In this document: positions 1-8,911 of the stretch, piece by piece
Numbering within the stretch: the stretch's first letter is position 1
How the letters are laid out: the number at the start of each line of letters is the position of its first letter
From: Strigamia acuminata
Lineage: Eukaryota
Length of the DNA: 64,000 nucleotides
Direction of reading: 5' to 3'
Assembly: GCA_949358305.1 (NCBI GenBank)
Contig: OX442314.1
Coordinates: forward strand, 23,870,001-23,934,000
Notes under the pieces: generated by a model
The model's database searches: none
What the model saw: the letters and a program-made list of their open reading frames with translations, nothing else
Told to the model about the DNA's origin: nothing
Position numbers and translations under genes: made by a program

Positions 1-1143
1 GACAAACACTACTACGACCTATGGGACTGCTGTCTTCGTTTCCCAGCGTCCATATTGGAACAGTTTAAGGAAAGGATGGATCCTTATCAGCAAGCGCAAC
101 TGAAAGAGGCGCAGGCCGATTTAATTCGACGGGCAAAGGAATTTGTTGAGTGGCCTTTAAACGAGCAAACCCAAAAGCGATTGCAGAAATTCCAAAAACT
201 AACAGTTCCGGCCCAGCAGAGACTTCTGTTCCCCGGGGTATTTACAACAGATGAGGACGCCTTCACAGCCGCGAGCCTCCTTTGGGGCACACACTTGGGC
301 ATGACCGAGGAGAAGTTGGAGAATTGGCTCTCCGTGCTGTACGATCCGGTTCTGCTGCGAAGTGATCTTATCTTGAGAGCCTTGGAGAATGGGGAAACCG
401 TGGATCAGTGCTTTGTCAGGCTGCGACTCGAGTGGGATCTACGCCGAGAAGAAATGGAGCTAAGGAGGGACTCCGAGACTTTTGGGGGGCGTCCAATGCC
501 AAATGTTCAGCCAGCAGGGTCCGAAACAAGATGGCGACCGGTGAGAACGTCAAGTTTGGCCTCCTCCACCTCCACAAGGTTGGAAACCTCATTCGCATCA
601 TGTTCAAGTTATGAGCAGGGGTATGGATCAGCCGGTGCGGGGAATCATGTGGTGCCTCATCTGTCGAGGTTGGAGCTTAGCCACCAAAGCGGGGAGACCA
701 CAACCTCAAGTCAGGATCCCACACGAGAGTGTGCCGAGTCAGCAGAGATTAAGCCCCGACAGAAAAGCGATAACGACAACTACGGGAAGATCCGCCGTCA
801 CTATCCTCGGCTGCAATTTGGGCGAGGGACACGCACGCTTCTCATTTTCAACCCGAAGCTGTGCAAGGAAGCCTTTGCCTGGCTGGAGCGAGCGTTGAGA
901 GAGCCCGGAAACCCGACCCAACGGCAAAGAGTGGTATTTGCGCACCGCCCGCCGAAAAGCCGTAGGGAGTTGTTTGAAATGGATTACATTAACCTAATCG
1001 ATAAGATCGCGCACGTCCAAGGCGTTTGGATGCACGTTAACACGGGAGTACAGTCGGGACCCACAGTGGGTTTGCCGAAATTTTCGGTGTCGGAAGAAGA
1101 ACGGCCACCACTGCCGCCATTCCCCAGGGTAAAGGCAGTTTAG
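1..1143 (+). CDS. 3' part of an ORF of unknown function, probably an accessory ORF of an LTR retrotransposon (open from base 1, begins upstream of the window)
   Basis: Frame 1 is open from base 1 (DKHYYDLWDCC...) to TAG at 1141-1143; intronless and GC-rich relative to the host; followed ~85 bp later by a polypurine tract and TG. No family motif recognised. Confidence 0.5.
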   Translation, partial: DKHYYDLWDCCLRFPASILEQFKERMDPYQQAQLKEAQADLIRRAKEFVEWPLNEQTQKRLQKFQKLTVPAQQRLLFPGVFTTDEDAFTAASLLWGTHLGMTEEKLENWLSVLYDPVLLRSDLILRALENGETVDQCFVRLRLEWDLRREEMELRRDSETFGGRPMPNVQPAGSETRWRPVRTSSLASSTSTRLETSFASCSSYEQGYGSAGAGNHVVPHLSRLELSHQSGETTTSSQDPTRECAESAEIKPRQKSDNDNYGKIRRHYPRLQFGRGTRTLLIFNPKLCKEAFAWLERALREPGNPTQRQRVVFAHRPPKSRRELFEMDYINLIDKIAHVQGVWMHVNTGVQSGPTVGLPKFSVSEEERPPLPPFPRVKAV

Positions 1144-1240
1144 TGAGAGCAGAAATGCCACTGCTACCCTTAGTCCGGAGGGCTAAGCGGTTTGTTGAAG
1201 GGAAAATTTGGATGGCGCATCAATGCAAAAAGAGGGGAAG

Positions 1241-2681
1241 TGCAGTGGCCATGATGGTCACTGAGTGATTCGAAAAGAACAATTTAATATTCTTATCATA
1301 ATTTGTGTGCTTTATCGTGTTTTTTCCAAGTGTTTTAATATTTATTGGACAGAGAAATTGAGAATTCCAGAGCAATCATCACGTTTTTCCAAATATCATT
1401 ATGCTGTATCTAAAAGAATAAATATTTTGATGTTTTATTTCTTATATAAAAAAGACTAATTTCTTTATTCTCTCAATCATACTTGATATTGCACCACATT
1501 GAGCAAGGAGAACAGGTGATGCAAAATCACCACAGCAACCAGCCCTGGATGGTGCACAGGATGTGCATCCTGCTCCCGGATAAAGGGTTATGGCGCAATC
1601 TAAATTCGTATAAGGAGTTGTGGTGCAATTCACCTAGGAGTTCTGGGGAAAATTGCTCTCACAACTTCAGTTCAAGTCTCCTTTTCACCAGTACCAGTCA
1701 TGTCATATTTTGCTCCAGTGTTTCTACAAACCCAGTAATAATATGATTGTGATTATCCTGCACCAAAGGAATTTGGATTCACCTTGCTGATAGGGTTAAG
1801 CAGCTAGGTGTCATCTTGCCAACAGGGATTCTTTGGCTAGATTTTGTCTTGCTATTTGGGATTCAATAGCTAGATTTATCTTGCTCAAACAGCCAGTTTG
1901 AGTTGAGATTTCAGAGTTTTGAAGCCAAATTGTGTGTAACAATTTGGGAGTTTATCTTTGCACTCAGAGCAAGGGAGTCTTAGCCTTGGACTTTAACAAG
2001 CGGGCGCCACCTTGAGCGTTTAATCAAGAAGGAATCAAGTACTTGTACGAGATTCACTGTGTGAGACGCACGAGAGACGGACGACATCGCCGCGACTTAC
2101 GGAACCACCACGGGACCCGAATTGCGAGACGCCGCCCGAGACGAACCACGACGACCAGCCGCCAAGGAATTTCTCAAGCCCGAGAAATTACCCGAACCAC
2201 TGACCGTCGAGGAGGAGTTTGCAGAAGCGTGAGTAGTGTTGAACAGTGCGAAAGCACGTCCTTTCCGGATTTCCCGGCACTATTCTCGCCTTTGCGAGTG
2301 TTATTTGTCGCCATTCGTAATAATAAGGAGAAGCGCGACGTCGACAAGCCAGCCACGCCGTGGGAGAAGATTGTTTTCCTCATTTTCCATTATTACTAAC
2401 ATTTCGATTATTTTAAGTAGTATTGTTTAAATTACGCATTATTTGTATAATTAACCCAATTTTCCCCGAATAAATAACAAATATTCATTTTAAGCAACCA
2501 CAGTGTATTTTATTAATAGGTTAAATATTTTAGTCAGTTTAGTCTTGAGAAGGAATATTAATTTAAACATTAATATTTCTCCTCATTAGTGAAATTATTT
2601 GTTTTAGAATATTAGAAGAATATTCAGGTTTTGATAAGACCCGTCGTGGCAACCCGTTGTATCTCATTGGCAAAGGTGACA
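1241..2681 (+). mobile_element. Putative 3' LTR of an LTR retrotransposon (partner LTR outside the window)
   Basis: Purine tract aaaaagaggggaag (1227-1240) directly followed by TG at 1241; AATAAA near 2468; plausible end ...aaaggtgaCA at 2681. The right boundary is uncertain because no second LTR is visible. Confidence 0.45.
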
Positions 2682-2780
2682 TTTGAGATCACAACACTAT
2701 TTCGTCAAGAACCCTACTATTGCCATCTGACGAAGAAATGGTTAAATGCTTAAACAAAAACGCTACATCCTCGCTTCAAA

Positions 2781-4290
2781 AAGGCTTTTTACTTACCGAT
2801 GGGTGGCGCTCCACGCGCATGCGCGTAGCGCGTATGTAGGGCAAAAGCCTCAACAAAACCACAGCAACAGGACTAAAATTCTGTTTATTTCATAATTTTG
2901 TTGCTATTTTAAATTTTTAAACTACCAGTTACTTTGGAAAACTGATGTGACATTTATTTTCATTTTTTTAAATCGATTTTTATGGATTTTTATAATTTTT
3001 ATGATTTTAAAAAAATTAAAATAAAATATTAAAATCCTTATTTTTCTATTTGTGGGTGTATTTCATATTACTGATCACTAATGGTATAAATTCTAAATTA
3101 AAGAAATGAAGGAATAAACAAATTAACAAATGAACACTAGAATTACAGCCGTCGCCGGTCATCGGTCGGTGCGACGTGTCTAGCGAAACGTCCGAGAGCA
3201 CTTTCTCCGCATTGTTGAAGGAATTCGCGACGGAAAATGTTGAAAACGACCCGAACTGTTTCACTCACAAATCAGACGGAAAATACCTAAGAGAGAGACG
3301 AAATCGCGTCCGAGTAGCCACAAAACGTTTACTACGACCCGAACTGGATCGCTCGGACGGACGGAGTGTCGAATAAAACAGTGTACGTTCACAAAATGCT
3401 TGACGACTGCCAAATGATCCGACAAGTCGACTGCAAATTAATCGCGGCTTGGAGTTGTTTCAGTCGGCCAGCGAGAATTAAACGCCGTCGCCGCCGAGCC
3501 CAAATAAATTTGACGATGCGCGAGGTGGAAATTCTCTCTCGCAACCGTTCCAGACGTTCGCGGCCAAATCGTTCGTGCACCACGTGTTGGTCGAACGCAA
3601 CGATGATACTGCCACTCAGTTTGTACGCGATTAATTTGCAGTCGACTTGTCGGATCATTTGGTAGTCGTCAAGCATTTTGTGAACGTACACTGTTTTATT
3701 CGACACTCCGTCCGTCCGAGCGATCCAGTTCGGGTCGTAGTAAACGTTTTGTGGCTACTCGGACGCGATTTCGTCTCTCTCTTAGGTATTTTCCGTCTGA
3801 TTTGTGAGTGAAACAGTTCGGGTCGTTTTCAACATTTTCCGTCGCGAATTCCTTCAACAATGCGGAGAAAGTGCTCTCGGACGTTTCGCTAGACACGTCG
3901 CACCGACCGATGACCGGCGACGGCTGTAATTCTAGTGTTCATTTGTTAATTTGTTTATTCCTTCATTTCTTTAATTTAGAATTTATACCATTAGTGATCA
4001 GTTATATGAAATACACCCACAATAGAAAAATAAGAATTTTAATATTTTATTTTAATTTTTTTAAAATCATGAAAATTATAAAAATCCATAAAAATCAATT
4101 TAAAAAAAATGAAAATAAATGTAACATCAGTTTTCCAAAGTAACTGGTAGTTTAAAAATTTAAAATAGCAACAAAATTATGAAATAAACCAAATTTTAGT
4201 CCTGTTGCTGTGGTTTTGTTGAGGCTTTTGCCCTAAATTTGCCTACGCGCATGCGCGTGGAGCGCCACCCAACGGTAAGTAAAAAGCCTT
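2781..4290. repeat. Long inverted repeat (foldback/palindrome): arms 2781-3446 and 3626-4290, loop 3447-3625
   Basis: Arms are direct reverse complements (aaggctttttacttaccg... / ...cggtaagtaaaaagcctt), about ten substitutions plus one 7-8 nt bubble by eye; identical ORFs appear mirrored in the ORF track (3176..3376+ and 3696..3896-). Confidence 0.97.
3447..3923 (-). pseudogene. MLH3: Frameshifted MLH3 (MutL homolog 3) C-terminal fragment including the endonuclease motif; partial inverted copy on + at 3149-3446
   Basis: Translation FTK/MLDDYQMIRQVDCKLIA...IIVAFDQHVVHERFGRE matches MLH3 FTKxM...QVDNKFIA...LVDQHAAHERIRLE, with DQHA(X)2E(X)4E spacing kept (A to V). Upstream SESTFSALLKEF resembles MLH3 SESLQSLFSEW. 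Frameshifts and stops are present. Confidence 0.8.
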
Positions 4291-4694
4291 AATGGTTCGT
4301 TTGAAAACTCTAAGAGAGAAAATAAATTTTTAGTTATTGAAATGTATTATTGAAATGTTTTTATTTTAATAATTCGGAAAAATTAAAGAAGTGCGAATTA
4401 ATTCCAACGTCAAAGCGTTAAGTGTAATGCAGGGAAAATGTCGAGGAAAATGTGTTATACATCCGTTGTTGCCATCTGTTGATAAAATGGTTTAACTCTT
4501 CAATAAAACGCTCCTGCTTTACTTTTATAGTTCACTGTTTTCTCGCCATGACTGAAACTGCAGAGTTCGGTTATGTTTACATTTCCTAGAATAGGAATAA
4601 CTCACATAAAGTTAATAGAGTAGAAGAAAAGTAAGGAGTGTTGTCTTTGAAATTTTGCTGTTGTTAAATTTAACGGATCTGAATATTTGTAGCA

Positions 4695-5095
4695 ATGTCA
4701 GTCATGGCGGGTGCCAATATAGTTAGAAGGAATGTACTCTCCGCTTACAAAAAAATCTTACGAATTAGTCGCACTTGGATCGCCAAAAATGAGCAGGACA
4801 CTGAAAAGGAGAGACAATACATTGTTAGCGAAGCCAGGACATTATTTCGAAGGAATAAGAATTTAACAGATAAAAATGAGATCGAGAAAAGCGTGCTAGA
4901 AGCCAATGCGAGATACACAATAGGTATATAAACGTATGCAATACAATTTAAATTTAATGTAAAATTTATTTTTTTACTCCAGCTGTCCATTATAAAATAC
5001 CTTATCCGAGGCCTGTAAATTTACCCAAAGGTTCCTTCACCAAGACTAAACGCATCAAAATATCCGATTCGCCATCGAGGAAATATGCTACCTAG
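4695..5095 (+). CDS. LYRM1: LYR motif-containing protein 1 (113 aa; exons 4695-4923 and 4983-5095)
   Basis: VLSAYKKILRISRTW...ERQYIVSEARTLFRRNKNLTD; a 59-bp GT-AG intron (4924-4982) restores AVHYKIPYPRPVNLP, the LYRM1 signature; TAG at 5093-5095. Confidence 0.92.
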
Positions 5096-5250
5096 TCTTC
5101 TTGTATTTCTTACTTTGTATTCTGAGTGTCTAAAATTTCAGTAAAATCATTTGTTATTCTACATCTGGTTATTAGAATGGTGTTTATATTGAAATAGAAG
5201 AATTGATAGGCTTGGCGAAATGAAGAAATAGACGAATTAAAATTAAATTC

Positions 5251-6093
5251 CAGTGGCAGAACTTGGCGTTGCGGCGGGGACCAGTCACATGATGGCTGCA
5301 TCTGTCAGGAAAGGCCATGGAGAGGCCACGGGGGTTATAGTCCCGGTCCTAAGCCTCCTGATTCACCTCAAAACGCATTTTTCTTGCTTTAAAATATATT
5401 TTTCTTGCTTGAAAATATATTTTTCTTGCTTTAAAATATATTTTTCTTGCTTTAAAATATATTTTTCTTGCTGGAAAATATATTTTTCTTGCTTGAAAAT
5501 ATATTTTTCTTGCTGTAAAATATATTTTTCTTGCTGGAAAATATATTTTTCTTGCTTGAAAATATATTTTTCTTGCTTGAAAATATATTTTTCTTGCTTG
5601 AAAATATATTTTTCTTGCTTGAAAATATATTTTTCTTGCTTGAAAATATATTTTTCTTGCTTGAAAATATATTTTTCTTGCTTGAAAATGTATTTTTCTT
5701 GTTTGAAAATGCATTTTTCTTGCTTGAAAATGCATTTTTCTTGTTTGAAAATGCATTTTTCTTGCTTGAAAATGCATTTTTCTTGCTTGAAAATGCATTT
5801 TTCTTGCTTGAAAATGCATTTTTCTTGCTTGAGAATGCATTTTTCTTGCTTGAAAATGCATTTTTCTTGCTTGAAAATGCATTTTTCTTGCTTGAAAATG
5901 CATTTTTCTTGCTTGAAAATGCATTTTTCTGCTTCAAAGGGCCGTTTCTAAATATTCTATATTTCTATAAAAAAAAAATGTACATATATATATTTTTTTT
6001 CATAATTTATAATTTTATCGTTTTTTGTGTTTTTTGGTCCTTGAATAAATAAAATTAATACAGGAGGCCGAAAATTTTGAAGTTCCACCACTG
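5251..6093. mobile_element. hAT-like MITE with an internal 21-bp minisatellite
   Basis: TIRs cagtggcagaactt / aagttccaccactg (12/14); degraded 8-bp TSD ttaaattc / ctgaattt. Confidence 0.65.
5377..5930. repeat. 21-bp tandem repeat (tttttcttgcttgaaaat[ata/gca]), ~26 copies
   Basis: Read directly; produces the 7-aa periodic spurious ORFs. Confidence 0.95.
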
Positions 6094-8297
6094 CTGAATT
6101 TTTATATGAAATATCCAATTTCTAACTGAAATATTTATCATTTTCACTAAAAATCCGAGTTTAAGATACTTAATTTGTCTGTTCATCTCCCGATAATCAA
6201 TTTTGGTTCAGATATTTTTACGCTTGGCACTGCATTGTAGCCAAACCATTCCTGGGACAATCCATTCCAAATTAATTGTACATCTTGGCAAGTCTAATTT
6301 TACGAAAAGATCAAAAGAAATTAGAAACATTTCTAAGGAATTGAAAACATAAATAAAAAATATTAATGAATTCTTATACATTTCTTTTATTTTCAAAGCA
6401 AATACAAATTTCAAAGCCCACTAAAGAATTCCATCAAAATGAAGGAAACCAAGTGAGGGGAAAGAAAAATAAGTCCTCTCCATATTAAAAATTGCTCAAT
6501 TTTTGGCTTTTTTTAATTGAAAATTCCCAAGTTCTGTACATATTCCATTTAGAAAGAAAAGATTCAGCATTTTTTTTCCTAACTTCTAAGTTTGCTTCTT
6601 TTTTAACAACATGATCCCACTAATTGGCAATAATCTATACACACACTGGAAAAGAAAAGATGAAAAGAACAAAAACAAACAAATCAAAAATTTCCAAAGT
6701 ATAAATTAAAAACCAAAAAATAATAAGCAATTAATTTGTCAACCTTTTTTTTTTCTTTTAAAACTGGAATGTAAAACAAAACAACTAAATTATACACATT
6801 TACACACAGGGAACAAAAAAAAAAAAAATAAAAATAATTTTTTTTGTTTTTTAATTTTAAAATCAACACAATTTATTTATTTATTCATTTTTTTTAAATG
6901 AAGGAAAGGGCTCATCATCAATCTAAACAGAATTGATTCAATTTTTATCAATACATTTAAATTTTCCTTAATTTCTTCTGGAAACACTTTGCCGGTTCTC
7001 TCATATTTTTTTTATTTATTTATTATTTTCAGTTCAGATTTGGAATGACATCAAAAATCTTGTAGTCAGGGTTACCTCATTCAAATCCAACAAAACCTTA
7101 TTATTATTAATTAATTAATTATTACTATTATTTTAATTAACTTTTTTGTTTGGTCCTTCAGTTTTCACATCAATAACTGACCCCCTGACTAAAAGAGCGA
7201 GAAAAAAATTCAATTTTCTTCTTAATAATACGAAAACTAAATACATTTTGAAAAACTGGACTAGTCATATTATAATGATTTGAAATGAAAATTATTTACA
7301 CACTGCAAACATTTGAAAACATTGTTATCAAAAATTAAAATTTAAACTCTACTCCATCCTCAAAACAAAAGAAAAAAAAAAGAAGAAAACTAACACGAAT
7401 TCAAATGTCAAAAAATAAAAATAAAACCACACAGCGGAAAAAAGAAAAAGCGGATTATAAAAATAGAAATCGTACGCACTTAATCAACACCGAAAAACCA
7501 AACAACAACAAAAATCAAATAATATTTCATTCTCTATTCACAAATATAAAAACTTTAACTAGAATTTCATTCGTGTTAGCAGTGCGTACTGGGAGATTTG
7601 CCTAGTCTAATCGCTGACACAATCATCTATTCTAGTTGTAGTATCAATTGACCAACTGAATTCTAACTACAACCAGAAAAACATGTGTTTTATTCGGAGC
7701 TTCAAAGTCGAAACAAAGAAAGAACTTCAAAGCCCTTTGATTTCCTATTCTACTCACTGTAAAATCAGAGTGTAAATCTTAAGTACTTTGTTTTTCCGTA
7801 ATAATCTACAAATTTCTTTCTTTTCTAACCCCAAAATAAAATCGTAATCCTACAGTACTTATTTGGAATTATTCATAGATTGGTTCCACATGTTGATGGA
7901 GAAATTTAAATTTAAAAACAAAAATTAAAACATAAAAAAAATACTCGGTATTATTAACAAAAATGTATGTAATATGTATGTAATGTATGTGTGGACGTGC
8001 TAAGCACTTTTATGTTGAATAAATCTTGAGCTGGGACAACTGGCCATGGTCCGAGGCAAATAGTGAACGCTACACTCGAAAACAAAACACGGCACCACCA
8101 AGTTTCATGGGATTCGGATTCGGATTCGGTTCTTGCAAGTGTTTTCACAAATTTCATTCTCTATGTCCAGAACAAAATGTAGTCAAAATTTCACCCAAAA
8201 CTGAAAACAAAAAAGGAAAAAGCAGAAAATAAAATCAAGATCATCAATCAGTTCCATCAACTTATCACAAGTAGGCACTTTTATGACGCGTCGTTAA

Positions 8298-8911
8298 TTA
8301 CGTCGCAAAATCCACTTTATCCCAATTCAGAATATTCAATTCAGTCGGCGTTTTGAAGTCGTTCTCGTCGATCGTAAACAAATCCAGAGGATCCTGGCTG
8401 ATAGACAACAACGGGTCCCCAGAGTCGGCGTCGCCGTGGGCGGCAGTGTGGGGCAAATTGGTTGTGGGAGGCATCATTTCGTCCAACCAATCGGACACGT
8501 CGATCTCCATGTGATCGCTTAAATCGCCGTTGGTCACGTTGGTTACATCGCCCGACAACTGGCCAATGTCCATCGTTTCGAAGCTGTCCAAATCCAAGTT
8601 GACGTCCAAGTCGGGCGAACCCAGGCCCACGTCTCCGAGACTGGGGATGGGCAACTGCGGCATCAACAAGCTGAGAGACGAAGGCGGCGGCGGAAGTGGC
8701 GGCGGCGGTGGCGGCGACGGGGTTGTCGTGGTCCTCAGATTCGAACTCGTCACGTATGTCGTCATTTGAGGCAGTACGCTTTGTACGCTCGTCAATTTCA
8801 TCGCGTCGGTCGTGGTTGATAAGGAAGGTGAATTCGAAAATATAATGGCAGACGGTAAAGATTTCGGAGTCGTCGGTGTCGCGGGATCCTGCGCTGCACT
8901 CGGTGGTAGCT
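8298..8911 (-). CDS. Mrtf: MRTF last coding exon (acidic transactivation domain)
   Basis: Acceptor at 8912-8913; ELPPSAAQDP...LNWDKVDFAT*; TAA at 8298-8300. Confidence 0.92.

Noticed and set aside
3389..3706. Functional MLH3 mini-gene
   Set aside because: Frameshifts, A-to-V in the motif, truncation by the inverted arm, and no ATPase domain or other exons nearby.
5253..6052. Long ORFs with periodic peptides (KIYFSCL, FQARKMH, ENAFFLL)
   Set aside because: They are translations of a stop-free 21-bp minisatellite; the same applies to ORFs at 14832-15285, 27505-27931, 35608-36016 and 61207-61449.
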